DNA from: Microbacterium sp.
GTDB lineage: Bacteria; Actinomycetota; Actinomycetes; Actinomycetales; Microbacteriaceae
DNA length: 51,151 nt
Assembly: GCA_031178475.1 (NCBI GenBank)
Contig: JAPSIX010000001.1
Location: forward strand, 1-51,151
Reading direction: 5' to 3'
Made by a program: the position numbers and the translations under genes. The notes beneath the pieces were generated by a model that did no database searches, was not told where the DNA came from, and worked only from the letters and a program-made list of their open reading frames with translations. Shown one piece after another: positions 9,250 to 18,920 of this stretch (position 1 is the stretch's first letter; every line of letters begins with the position of its first letter).

Positions 9250-9906
9250 TCACTCCCGAACTCGTCTCGCGAACAGCGGGTACGGCGTGATGGCTGCGTC
9301 GTGCAGTTGTCGGCGGACGACGCGGTAGAAGCTCGGGCGAGCGAGCTGGCCCACGAGGAAAGGGATCACTTTCCCGGGCAGCCTGGCGTAGTTCATGATG
9401 AGGAACGGCGCGTCGCCGGTGTACTCCAGCAGTGTCGAGTTGTCCACACCGAGCTTGTCGAGGTACCAGCTCGAGACTGACTTCCACGCCTCGACGGCCG
9501 TGGGCTCTGAGGTATCGCCAACGAAGTGGTTGAGCAGGATCTCGCCGTCGCTCGTCTCCGTGTCGCCGATCAGGCCGGAGTTCCGTGCCGTCAGAGCGTG
9601 CACCGGCTCAGGCAGTCCCATCTCGGCGGCACGGGCTTCGAGCTCCGCCTGCAAGGGTTCGGCCGAGTGGACCAGGAGCGCCAAGTCGTACCGGGGACCG
9701 CCCTTGATGGGCGGGATGACGGTCACCTGCAAGGCATGGGCGGTGGCCACTCCCGGCTGCTCGGAAAGCTGACGCGCAAGGGCCGCGAGTCGTGACCGGT
9801 GCTCGTCGCGGCTCCGACTCTCACGGACGAAGGGCCCGGAGAGCCGCAGATCGTTGGTCCAGGCGAGATGGGTGAACCAGCCGTCGAGCGGCTCCTTGAA
9901 GATCAT
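9250..9906 (-). CDS. Hypothetical protein
   Basis: 218 aa ORF with normal composition and RBS, 25 nt downstream of the NAD(P)-binding gene. Confidence 0.7.
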   Translation of the reverse strand: MIFKEPLDGWFTHLAWTNDLRLSGPFVRESRSRDEHRSRLAALARQLSEQPGVATAHALQVTVIPPIKGGPRYDLALLVHSAEPLQAELEARAAEMGLPEPVHALTARNSGLIGDTETSDGEILLNHFVGDTSEPTAVEAWKSVSSWYLDKLGVDNSTLLEYTGDAPFLIMNYARLPGKVIPFLVGQLARPSFYRVVRRQLHDAAITPYPLFARRVRE

Positions 9907-9931
9907 GGTGTGCTTCTTTCGGTTGATGTGG

Positions 9932-10567
9932 TCAGTTCGCGACGTGCACGTGCACCCGGGCCAGGTCGTCGCGTTCGGTGATGTCGAGCAGCGCGGTCGC
10001 CATATCGGGCGCGGTGATCGCCCAGCCGCGCTTGAGCGGGCCGTCGACGCTCAGCCGGTAGCGGCCGGTGGCCCGCGCGGGCCGGATGCGCGGGGCACGG
10101 ATCCCGGTCCACCGCGCCCGGCTTTCCCAGAGGACGACGTCCATCCGGCGCATGTCGTCGTAGGTCGCGCCGAGAAGCTTCTGCAGCAGTGGGAGCACGA
10201 TCCACAGCTTCAACGGCCCCTGGCGCGCCCAGTGCTCGGCGACCTCGGAAGATATGACGACGATCCGCTCCACTCCGTTCGCAGCCATGCCGTCGACGAG
10301 GTTCTTCGTACCGGCCGAGTAGAGGGTCGTGGGCGTCCTGGATGCGCCGATGCCCACCGTGCTCACCACGGCGTCGACGCCGGCGAGCAGGGAGCGGATC
10401 GCGTCGCCGTCGAGGATGTCCGCCGACGCCTTCGTCAGACCCGGGTGCTCAAGAGCGAGCGTGTCGGCGTTCCGGGCGACAGCGGTCACCTCGTGTCCAC
10501 GGGCCAGCGCCTGCCCGACGACGTGCGTCCCGACGGTGCCTGTCGCACCAGCGACGAGGATTCTCAC
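9932..10567 (-). CDS. NAD(P)H-binding oxidoreductase (atypical SDR/flavin reductase-like)
   Basis: GATGTVG Rossmann motif, GHEVTAVAR, DAVVSTVG. Confidence 0.88.
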   Translation of the reverse strand: MRILVAGATGTVGTHVVGQALARGHEVTAVARNADTLALEHPGLTKASADILDGDAIRSLLAGVDAVVSTVGIGASRTPTTLYSAGTKNLVDGMAANGVERIVVISSEVAEHWARQGPLKLWIVLPLLQKLLGATYDDMRRMDVVLWESRARWTGIRAPRIRPARATGRYRLSVDGPLKRGWAITAPDMATALLDITERDDLARVHVHVAN

Positions 10568-10664
10568 GTGACTCCCCTCTCGCGGTCGTTGCCGCTAGAC
10601 TGAAATTGGTTCCGATAGTGGATGCTTCCGATCCGGTAGTAACTCTAGCAGGGAGGACAGTCGA

Positions 10665-11105
10665 GTGACGGACGATGTGGTGGCGAGGGTGCGGACGGCG
10701 ATGCAATGGCAGCTGGTCCACGCGATCCTGAGCAACGAACGGGTCGCCCGCGCACACGGCCTGCTGGTGACGGACCTGCAGACGCTCCACCTGCTGGTGC
10801 TGCGCGAGGACGTGCGGACACCTCGTCAGATCAGCACGACGACCGGCATGCCGGCGAGCACGGTGACCAAGCTCGTCGACCGGCTCGAGGCCGCAGGCTA
10901 CGTGCGGCGGACCGCCGATCCAGTCGACCGGCGCAGGACCGTGCTCGAGCTGGTGCCGGAGGCAATCGCACCGCTCAGGACGTTGTACGGGCGTGCCGAC
11001 GAGCAGTTCGATGAGATGAGCCAGCGGTTCAGTCCGGATGAGCTGGAGATCGTCGCCCGCTACCTCGACGCCGCCAGCGACTTCTACTCACTGCAGGAAA
11101 ACTGA
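10665..11105 (+). CDS. MarR-family regulator
   Basis: STVTKLVDRLEAAGYVRRTADPVDRR; GGAGG RBS. Confidence 0.92.
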   Translation: MTDDVVARVRTAMQWQLVHAILSNERVARAHGLLVTDLQTLHLLVLREDVRTPRQISTTTGMPASTVTKLVDRLEAAGYVRRTADPVDRRRTVLELVPEAIAPLRTLYGRADEQFDEMSQRFSPDELEIVARYLDAASDFYSLQEN

Positions 11106-11274
11106 GCCGGCGCGCAGGCATGAGCTGAGCCCGTCGCGGCCACTCGGAGTCGTCGCGCCGCGACCGGTTCGAATGGTCGCCCTTCCGGTACTCGCCCCAC
11201 CAGAGGATCCCGAGCACAGCGCCGCTACTGACGACGATCGTCCCGATGATGATCGCCCACCAAATCATGGTCAC
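11029..11274 (-). CDS. Possible small single-pass membrane protein
   Basis: MIWWAIIIGTIVVSSGAVLGILWW after a G-rich RBS; the 3' end overlaps MarR, so doubtful. Confidence 0.3.
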   Translation of the reverse strand: MTMIWWAIIIGTIVVSSGAVLGILWWGEYRKGDHSNRSRRDDSEWPRRAQLMPARRLSFPAVSRSRWRRRGSGRRSPAHPD

Positions 11275-11577
11275 TCCCCCACTCCTGACTTCCTGACGAC
11301 CGGCCTACGCACGGTCCTGCCCTCGTGGTCGTCGACGCGGCAGTGCCAACTGTCGACGACACCAGAGTTCGGCCCCAGCCAAGGGCGGGGCGTGCGTCAG
11401 AGGAGGGATTCCGCGGGGACATCTCGAGCGACCCGCGCTCGGAGAGGCCAACGACCGACGAGGAGCCAGCCGCCGGAGGGGTCAGAGCCGCGATGCCGCC
11501 AGGCGCGCACGGTGACCCGGCCCTCGCGCCGATGAGGGACGATGGCGAGTTACAGGGCCCGATGGCGATGTGCATGC

Positions 11578-11860
11578 TCATGATCGTGTTCTCCTCAGCT
11601 CAGGGTGAGCGGCTTCCCACGCGGCTCGGTTGCGGTCGGGCAGTCCCAGCGTCGGCCAGAGCCGGATCAAGCTGTCACGGTCGACGAGTCGGGTCAGAAC
11701 CTCCTGCGACCGGGCAAGCGGAGAACGATCCTGATCGTCGACTGCAGGCGCTCGTCGACGGCCAGATCGAATGGCCGCGAACGGTTCCACAGCAGCCGAC
11801 TCGGCAGGGTGATCCCGCGGGTCACCGACCCCTGCAGGTCCTCGCTGAGGCCGTGACGAC
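11578..11860 (-). pseudogene. Frameshifted remnant of a small actinobacterial protein (LPxRLxW...LWPxLxLP..RAAWE..HPEL type)
   Basis: Two frames join near 11718: DLQGSVTRGITLPSRLLWNRSRPFDL..IVLR / ARSQEVLTRLVDRDSLIRLWPTLGLPDRNRAAWEAAHPEL. Confidence 0.45.
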
Positions 11861-11915
11861 ATCACGTGGGCCCTGAATCGCCGCACGAGCGCGTTGCAGC
11901 TCGGTCGGACCGGTC

Positions 11916-12590
11916 TCAGGCCGCGCGGGCGCGGCTGGAGGAGATCGCGGCTAGGGCTGCCATGAACAGGTAGGTCGCCCCGGAAACCCACCGCTGACTG
12001 CGCCACACGCGCGGCCGCGCCACGAACAAGCGGCGCAGCCTCGACGCCAGGAGGCCGTAGCAACTGTCGAACACCAGCGCGATGAACGCGAACACACATC
12101 CGAGCACGACCATCTGCAGCTGCACGTTGCCATGAGCACTACTGGTGAACTGCGGAAGGAACGCGAAGAAGAAAAGTGCATCTTTCGGATTAGATAAGCT
12201 CACCAGCACCCCGCGCCCCATCTCGTTGAACCGGCCGATGGTCGCCTTCTCGGAGGCATCGACCGACCGTGCCGATGATCTCTCGTCGACAGCGAGAGCA
12301 GCCATCGGCGTCAGCAAGCGCCGGATGCCGAGATAGGCAAGGTAGGCGACCCCACAGATCTTGAACACCATGAAGAGGGTCTCAGACGCTGCCAGGACGG
12401 CCGTGAGGCCAACGGCAGCAGCGGTGGCCAGAAAAAGGCACCCCAGGGCCAGTCCCGATGCCGCTGCGACGCCCGCGTGTCGACCGCGCTCCACCCCAAC
12501 CGTCGCCATATAGAGCATCGCCGGGCCCGGGATCAGCATGAACCCGCAGGTCGTGGCAACAAATGCGAGGAGAGCATCGACGGGGATCAT
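11916..12590 (-). CDS. LysE/RhtB-family exporter
   Basis: IPGPAM, GVAYLAYLG, SNPKDALFFFAFLPQF. Confidence 0.92.
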   Translation of the reverse strand: MIPVDALLAFVATTCGFMLIPGPAMLYMATVGVERGRHAGVAAASGLALGCLFLATAAAVGLTAVLAASETLFMVFKICGVAYLAYLGIRRLLTPMAALAVDERSSARSVDASEKATIGRFNEMGRGVLVSLSNPKDALFFFAFLPQFTSSAHGNVQLQMVVLGCVFAFIALVFDSCYGLLASRLRRLFVARPRVWRSQRWVSGATYLFMAALAAISSSRARAA

Positions 12591-12653
12591 GGTCGCATCC
12601 TATTCACTCTGCACCTGGGCCAGTCAGGTGCGGGACTCGTCTGCGGATCCGGG

Positions 12654-13271
12654 TCAGAGGAGTCCGCGATCGCGGGCGATCGTCACCGCATGGGCCCGGT
12701 CTCGCGCTTCGAGCTTCCCGAACGCGTGCTGCAGGTGCGTCTTCACGGTGGTCTCCGAGATGCCGAGCTGGGTGCCAATCGCACCGTTAGCCCGTCCCTC
12801 GGCGACCAGCCGCAACACATCACGCTCGCGGTGCGAGAGCACCGAGGGTAGGGCGGCCATCCGGGCCGCGCGCACCACGGCATCGGCCGCTGCCGGTCCG
12901 AGCACGGACCCGCCACGGGCCGTGGTGCGCACCGCGGCGGCGAGGTCATCGGGCGGGGAGTCCTTCATGATGCATCCGGCAGCACCCGCCTCGATGGCCT
13001 CGGCGATCCGTTCATCACTGTGGGCCGTGAGAATCAGGACACGCGGTGCCCGCGGACGCTCGGCGAGGATGCGCAGGACGCCGATGCCGTCCAACCTCGG
13101 CATGCTCAAGTCCAGCAGCAGCACATCGACTCGGTGCAGATCCGGGTGCTCCAGCACCTCGATCCCGTTGGCCACGTCGGCGACGACCTCCATCCCCACC
13201 TCGTTTCGCACGACCTGTGCGATCCCCTGACGCATCAGCGGGTGATCGTCCGCGATAATCACCGAGATCAT
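12654..13271 (-). CDS. NarL/LuxR-family response regulator
   Basis: IADDHP, LLDLSMP, LSHRERDVL, TVKTHL. Confidence 0.93.
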   Translation of the reverse strand: MISVIIADDHPLMRQGIAQVVRNEVGMEVVADVANGIEVLEHPDLHRVDVLLLDLSMPRLDGIGVLRILAERPRAPRVLILTAHSDERIAEAIEAGAAGCIMKDSPPDDLAAAVRTTARGGSVLGPAAADAVVRAARMAALPSVLSHRERDVLRLVAEGRANGAIGTQLGISETTVKTHLQHAFGKLEARDRAHAVTIARDRGLL

Positions 13272-14434
13272 GGCACCACCCTCTCGCCCGCTGAGTCCGT
13301 GGCTGGGATCCATACGCTCAGCCGCGAGCCGCCAGCCTCACGGGACGCGAAATCAAAGCCACCGTCGAAGTAGTGGACTCGTTCACTCATCCCGCGCAGT
13401 CCGAAGCCGGGGATCTGCTCGGCAGGTGGACCGATGCCATCGTCCTCGATCGTCAAGCGGATCGTGTCGCCGTCATGCCGCAGCCCCACCCAGGCTCTCG
13501 ACGCCTGCGCGTGTCGTCTCACGTTCGACAATCCCTCCTGCAGGCAGCGGATGATGGCCAATTCACGCTCCGCGTCGACCACCGTGCTGCCTGCCTCGAC
13601 CTCGATCGGGAGGGAGGTCTCGCGGCGGAACCGGGCGACCACCCCGTCGACGCTGAGAGCTGCGTCCCCGTCCGCCTGGGTGGGGGCCAGCACCGACAGC
13701 ATTCCGCGGGCCTCTCGCAGGGCCTCCTGCGCCATGTCGTGGATGAGCGCGACCGCCTCGGCCGAGCGGGTCTGCTTGGCCTGCGCAGCGACAAGCGCCA
13801 GCGCCGCCACCGACTGGGTGAGCGTGTCGTGGAGTTCGCGCGAGACGCGGGCGCGTTCCTCCATCTGCCCCGCGTGACGCGAGGCCGCAGTGAGGGCGTC
13901 ACGCGTTCTGCGCAGTTCCTCCACGAGTGCGGCCTGTTCATTGGCGTCCCGTTGCGCGTGGCGGATCCAGAGCCCGTAGCCGATGGCGGCGAAGAACGCG
14001 AGGATCGCGATGCCTGCGGTCGTGGCCGGCGGGATGACGCTTCCGGTGCCGAGTTCCCCCAGCCGCACCCCGGCCAGCGCCGCGCCGCTGATCGCCGCAC
14101 TGGCCAGGACGGCCCGCGCCGTGGTGCTCGCGGTGGCCCACACCATGACGTGGGCGGCGATCTGCACCGGCATCATGTGGGTGAACCCGGCACAGGCGAC
14201 CCCCGTACTCATCACGAGTAGGGCGGCGGCCCACCACGGCCGCGGGGCTCCACGGGGCAGGACGGGCCGGTAGAGGGTGAGGTACAGCGCGAGGATCCCG
14301 AGCACCCCGACGACGGCCATGACGTGGTACCACCAGGCCGAGGGGACGACCAGCTCGACGACGTTCAGCACGAGGCACAGCCCGACGAGGACGAAGATGG
14401 TTCCGTCGAAGCCGGCACGAGGTCTCATGGTCAT
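13268..14434 (-). CDS. Sensor histidine kinase (HisKA_3)
   Basis: ERARVSRELHDTLTQ, EGLSNVRRHA, DDGIG, GFGLRGMSER; multi-TM N-terminus. Confidence 0.92.
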   Translation of the reverse strand: MTMRPRAGFDGTIFVLVGLCLVLNVVELVVPSAWWYHVMAVVGVLGILALYLTLYRPVLPRGAPRPWWAAALLVMSTGVACAGFTHMMPVQIAAHVMVWATASTTARAVLASAAISGAALAGVRLGELGTGSVIPPATTAGIAILAFFAAIGYGLWIRHAQRDANEQAALVEELRRTRDALTAASRHAGQMEERARVSRELHDTLTQSVAALALVAAQAKQTRSAEAVALIHDMAQEALREARGMLSVLAPTQADGDAALSVDGVVARFRRETSLPIEVEAGSTVVDAERELAIIRCLQEGLSNVRRHAQASRAWVGLRHDGDTIRLTIEDDGIGPPAEQIPGFGLRGMSERVHYFDGGFDFASREAGGSRLSVWIPATDSAGERVVP

Positions 14435-14506
14435 CAGCCAACCGCATCCTGGTGACGTGCGCGAGGTTTCCTGCGGATCTCGCGCGCCGCGGTCTGGGAT
14501 GTTCGC

Positions 14507-15349
14507 TCATTCGCGCTTCATCCAGCGGAAGGTGATGCGCGCGAGCACGGCCGCGACGAGGAGCCAGATGCCGAGCACCAGGGCCACCATCGGGAGGTAG
14601 AAGGTGCCTGCGGGTTCCATCGTGGCCAGGTGCTCGGGCAGGAACGCTGCACGGAATCCCTGTCCGATCCAGCGGAACGGCAGCACCCCGACCGCTGTCT
14701 GCAACCACTCGGGAAGCAGGTACCCCTGCAGATAGATGCCCGAGACGAACTGCAGGCCGAGCAGCACCGGGATCACCGCGGCTGCTGCCACCCGGCCGTC
14801 CTTGAGCACCCCGGCGAAAGCGATGCCCAGCATCGCGCAGGTGGTCAGGCCCAGCACGTACACCCAGCCGGCCGTGAGCCAGCGAGCCGGCTCCGAGGGC
14901 AGCGGGATACGCAGAACGAGGGCCGCAACGGCGATGAGGAGCATGGCCTGCACGGTGCCGGTCAGGTAGACCTGGCCGAGCTTGCCGGCGAAGTACTGCC
15001 ACGGACGCAGCGGGGTCGCCGCCAGTCTGCGCAGTCCCCCTTCCTCTTTCTCGTTGGCGATGTCCATCGCGAGGTTCTGGACGCCGGAGAGGATCACGCC
15101 GGCCGCCAGCATGCCGGGCAGATACAGGTCCGCCATGGTGAGCCCGGACCCCTCGGGGCCGACCTCCCCCATGCCGCTGAACGCCACGGAGAACAACAAC
15201 AGCAGCGCGATCGGGAAGATGAAGGTGAAGATCATCACAGACGGCTGGCGCAGGTAGCTACGTACTTCCCAACCGATCCGCCCGGCCGCGACCCTCAGGT
15301 CGTGGCCGGCGGTGAAAGTCCGGCTTGGTGCTGCGATCCGGTTACTCAT
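14507..15349 (-). CDS. ABC-2 type permease
   Basis: FTFIFP, EKEEGGLRRLAATPL; six TM segments. Confidence 0.88.
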   Translation of the reverse strand: MSNRIAAPSRTFTAGHDLRVAAGRIGWEVRSYLRQPSVMIFTFIFPIALLLLFSVAFSGMGEVGPEGSGLTMADLYLPGMLAAGVILSGVQNLAMDIANEKEEGGLRRLAATPLRPWQYFAGKLGQVYLTGTVQAMLLIAVAALVLRIPLPSEPARWLTAGWVYVLGLTTCAMLGIAFAGVLKDGRVAAAAVIPVLLGLQFVSGIYLQGYLLPEWLQTAVGVLPFRWIGQGFRAAFLPEHLATMEPAGTFYLPMVALVLGIWLLVAAVLARITFRWMKRE

Positions 15350-16278
15350 GCCAGGGCACTCCTTGTGAGCGCATCGTTTGCGGTTGCTTCGGTCTCTGCG
15401 GCGACCGGGGTGCCGTCCTCGCCAATCATGTCGAGGTAAATGTCTTCGAGGCTGGGACGGACGATCTCGAGATCGGACGGTTCGCCGTGTTCGGCGAGCG
15501 CACGCACCACCCGCCCGGGTTCGTTCGTGCGCTGTTCGCGGATGGTGCCTCCGGCATCGCGCCAACGCACCACCGGGATTCGGGCCTCAGCCGGGCCGAT
15601 CTGGTCGATGGGCGCGATCTCGATCATCTGGCCGCCCGCGATGATCGCTGCCCGGTCGCTGAGGCCTGCCGCCTCGTCGAGATAGTGGGTGGTGAGGATG
15701 ACCGTCGTGCCGTCGTCGCGCAGGGAACGGATGAGGTCCCAGAACTGACGGCGCGCCGCAGGGTCGAAGCCGGTGGTCGGTTCGTCGAGGAACACCAGCT
15801 CGGGCTGCCCGACGATCGCCAACCCCACCTCGACCCGTCGTTGCTGGCCGCCGGAGAGTTTGCGGATCGGTGTGCGTGCCTTGTCCTCCAGGCCCACCGC
15901 AGCGATCACCTCATCGACGGGGCGCGAGGTCGGAAAGATCGATCCCGTGTGCGCAATGGCCTCGCGCACGGTTGCCACCCCAGGGTCGCCACTGTGCTGC
16001 GGAACGAGCCCGATGCGAGCCCGCCAGGCGCGGGTCGGACGTTGGGGATCGACCCCCAGCACCTCCACCTCCCCCTCACTGCGAGTACGGAAGCCGGTGA
16101 GGATCTCGATCGTGGTGGACTTGCCCGCTCCATTGGGGCCGAGAAGACCGAACACCTCCCCCCGCGAGATATCCAGATCGAGGCCGCGAACAGCAGTGAA
16201 GGGCTCGCCACTTCTCATGCGATAGGTCTTGGTGAGCCCTCTGACCACGATCGCCGAACATTCTGTCGAAGTGTTCAT
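15346..16278 (-). CDS. ABC transporter ATP-binding protein
   Basis: GPNGAGKST, LSGGQ, VFLDEPTTG, TTHYL; start could be 16314. Confidence 0.93.
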   Translation of the reverse strand: MNTSTECSAIVVRGLTKTYRMRSGEPFTAVRGLDLDISRGEVFGLLGPNGAGKSTTIEILTGFRTRSEGEVEVLGVDPQRPTRAWRARIGLVPQHSGDPGVATVREAIAHTGSIFPTSRPVDEVIAAVGLEDKARTPIRKLSGGQQRRVEVGLAIVGQPELVFLDEPTTGFDPAARRQFWDLIRSLRDDGTTVILTTHYLDEAAGLSDRAAIIAGGQMIEIAPIDQIGPAEARIPVVRWRDAGGTIREQRTNEPGRVVRALAEHGEPSDLEIVRPSLEDIYLDMIGEDGTPVAAETEATANDALTRSALA

Positions 16279-16440
16279 GCTCTCAGTGAAGCGGGACGCC
16301 AACACTGCAGCCATACTCCAATCGGAGGAGGCCTCGTCCTATCGGGCGGAAGGTCGAGAGGGGCGACGGACCGTCGCGAGGCCAACCTCGTGCCCTCGGT
16401 TCTCCTCGGGTATGGCGACAGGTCGATGTCGCGGATGCAG

Positions 16441-16471
16441 TTGACCTGGACTGCGGTCCAACTTGGAGCAT
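16441..16471 (+). promoter_or_regulatory. MerR-type promoter
   Basis: -35 TTGACC, 19-nt spacer containing the dyad TGGAC-N4-GTCCA, weak -10 GAGCAT. Confidence 0.55.
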
Positions 16472-16521
16472 GGTCGTGATGAACGGTGAAGCAACGATGG
16501 ATTCCGATCGGACCGCCGGGG

Positions 16522-16653
16522 ATGACGTTGGGCACGATGTACTTCGGCACGACCGCCCCGGCGGCTACCGCCGTTGACGTCCTAGATGAGGCATACGACC
16601 TGGGTGTGCGCACGTGGGCTCAGCCGCGACGGCGGTGGGGACGACGCTTGTGA
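16522..16653 (+). pseudogene. Aldo/keto reductase N-terminal fragment
   Basis: MTLGTMYFGT..AVDVLDEAYDLGVRTW then breaks off; not in the ORF track. Confidence 0.6.
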
Positions 16654-16716
16654 TGGAGGACATCGCCGAGCTAGACGCTGTCAGAATAGCTGGGTAAGTA
16701 CCGACCCAAGCCAGGC

Positions 16717-17061
16717 GTGGGCGCTGTCGCGGCACGACTCGGTCTGGATCGCGACGCTGTCCACCACTACGAGCGTCGCGGCATCCTGCCAGAGCCTTCC
16801 CGGTATGCCACTGGCCGCCACCGCTACAGCGGCGACGTGCATCTGATCGAGGTGCTGCTGCGCTTGCGCGAGACTGGGATGCTCCTCGCTAACATTTCCT
16901 CCTTCACCAGGCTTGTCGCGAGTGATCCCGACGGGGTGCCGGAGCTGCTCGCCCTGCTGCGTGAACACCGCGAACGCATCGTCGCCAAGCGCCGTCAACT
17001 CAAGAACGCTCTCGCCCTCATCGACCGCAAGGTCGAGGACTACGCCAGTCGCGCGACGTGA
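16717..17061 (+). CDS. MerR-family regulator (possibly 5'-degenerate)
   Basis: GAVAARLGL..AVHHYERRGIL..GRHRYS..LRETGM followed by a coiled coil. Confidence 0.75.
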   Translation: MGAVAARLGLDRDAVHHYERRGILPEPSRYATGRHRYSGDVHLIEVLLRLRETGMLLANISSFTRLVASDPDGVPELLALLREHRERIVAKRRQLKNALALIDRKVEDYASRAT

Positions 17062-17126
17062 CGCAGCGCAGTCATGGCACCGATTCCTGACGGCCAGTGC
17101 TCAAGTTGCTCGCCTACAATCCCAGG

Positions 17127-18253
17127 ATGGGTGCGGGGCTGTTCGAGGTCGGTGCACGCGCCGACTCCGGACGTGCACGACTGGGGTCTGCGCTGATCCT
17201 CCGCGACATCCTTGTGACGGTTGCCCTGGCCGGAGGACTCTGGTTGACCGTTCAGCCGCCCGTCGATCGCGGATGGCAGTTCCTCCTGGCCGGGCTGTGC
17301 GCGGCGGCAGTGGTGGCCCGACACTGGAGCCCTCTGCCTGCGACCCTGGTCGCCGCTGCCATGACGGCGACAGCATGGGCACTGGGTGCCACGGCCGACC
17401 CGTGCGTGCTCGTCGGGATCTGCCTGTTCACCGTTGCCGAGCGCCGAGGAACCCGGTATTCCCGTGGTGGCTGATCGCCACGGTCATTTTGGCGGGGCTC
17501 GTACTCATCGGCATCGGCGCGGAGACCCTAACGACAGGGCTGCGCTCGCTGGTGCTCTCGCTCATCGTGCTGACCGCGGCGTGGGCGCTGGGCACCCGAA
17601 CACGTCAGGCACGCCGGGAAGCGGCATCGCGTGCCCGAGTTGAGGAGCGGCTGCGCCTGTCCCGCGATGTCCACGACGTTCTCTCGCACTCGCTGGGCAC
17701 GATCGGTGTCCAGGCGGGCGTCGCCGCCCACGTCAGCACCCTCGACACCGAGCAGTTGCGCGCGGTGCTCCGCGAGGTCGAGACCGACGCACGGGCGTCG
17801 TTGACCGATCTGAAAGAGCTTCTGCATCGCGAGCGTGACGACGGCGAGGAGGTCCCGATCCCGACACTCACCGACGCGCTGAAGGGCCCGGTTCGGGCAT
17901 TGGAACGGGCCGGCGTCCGCGCCGACTTCGAGACCACCGGAGATGTGGCTACCCTGCCGGTGGTGTATGGGCAGACGATCGCCAGGTTCGTGCAGGAAGC
18001 GTCGACGAATGTGATCCGGCACTCCGGGGCGTCCTCGTGCCGAATCCGGATCAGCGTCCAGCCGGACGAAGCCACGGTCAGCGTGGCCGACGACGGCCAC
18101 GGTGTGCGCGGCAGCCTGCGCGAGGGACACGGTTTGACCGGGATGCGGGAGCGTATCGGCCTGCTCGACGGCACCTTCACCGCGGGCGACAGTGATGCGG
18201 GATTCGCCGTGAACGCGGTGTTCCCTCTTGATCCGGTCGGGAGAGGATCATGA
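17127..18253 (+). pseudogene. Sensor histidine kinase (HisKA_3) split by a 1-nt frameshift near 17455
   Basis: TM N-terminus in one frame (to ERRGTR); VFPWWL..ERLRLSRDVHD..GHGLTGMRER in another; one extra G in CGGTATT would restore it. Confidence 0.8.
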
Positions 18254-18906
18254 GCGATATCCGGGTGCTCATCGCCGACGACGATCCGCGACTGCGCGAC
18301 TCGCTCAGCCTGCTCATCGACAACGAGCCGGGCATGTCGGTGTGCGGCGTCGCGCCGGATGGCTCCGCAGCTCTGATCGTGACGGCCGACACCGCTCCTG
18401 ATGTGGTGCTGATGGACGTGCGGATGCCGATCATGAACGGACTGGACGCCACTCGGGAACTCCTCACTGGCGGCGACGGCCCCAAGGTCATCGTGCTCAC
18501 GATGTTCGACCTCGACCGGTACGTCTACGATGCGCTGTCCGCAGGCGCGTCCGGGTTCCTGCTCAAGAATGTCCCACCCGCAGAGATCGTGCACGCCGTG
18601 AGGGTCGTACACGAGGGCAACGCCCTCCTCGCGCCGGAAGTGACGAAACGACTCATCGGTCGGCTCGCACCGACCCCACACTCCTCCGATCCGCGGATCG
18701 CGACACTCACCGCACGAGAACGGGAGACTCTGGTCCTGATCGGCCGAGGACTGTCGAACCAGGACATCGCGGACGAGCTGGTCGTGACCGAGACGACGGT
18801 GCGCACCTACGTCAGCCGCATCCTGACGAAGACGGGCGCTCGGGACCGGGCCCAGCTGGTCGTCATCGCCTACGAATGCGGACTCGTCGCCGTCAACGTG
18901 CGCTGA
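18250..18906 (+). CDS. NarL/LuxR-family response regulator
   Basis: IADDD, MDVRMP, GFLLK, LTARERE, RDRAQLVVIAYE. Confidence 0.95.
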   Translation: MSDIRVLIADDDPRLRDSLSLLIDNEPGMSVCGVAPDGSAALIVTADTAPDVVLMDVRMPIMNGLDATRELLTGGDGPKVIVLTMFDLDRYVYDALSAGASGFLLKNVPPAEIVHAVRVVHEGNALLAPEVTKRLIGRLAPTPHSSDPRIATLTARERETLVLIGRGLSNQDIADELVVTETTVRTYVSRILTKTGARDRAQLVVIAYECGLVAVNVR

Positions 18907-18908
18907 CC
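18872..18908 (+). repeat. 37-bp direct repeat, copy 1 (3' end of the response regulator)
   Basis: ACGAATGCGGACTCGTCGCCGTCAACGTGCGCTGACC; 35/37 identical to 26282-26318. Confidence 0.9.
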
Positions 18909-18920
18909 ATTCAGCGTTCG

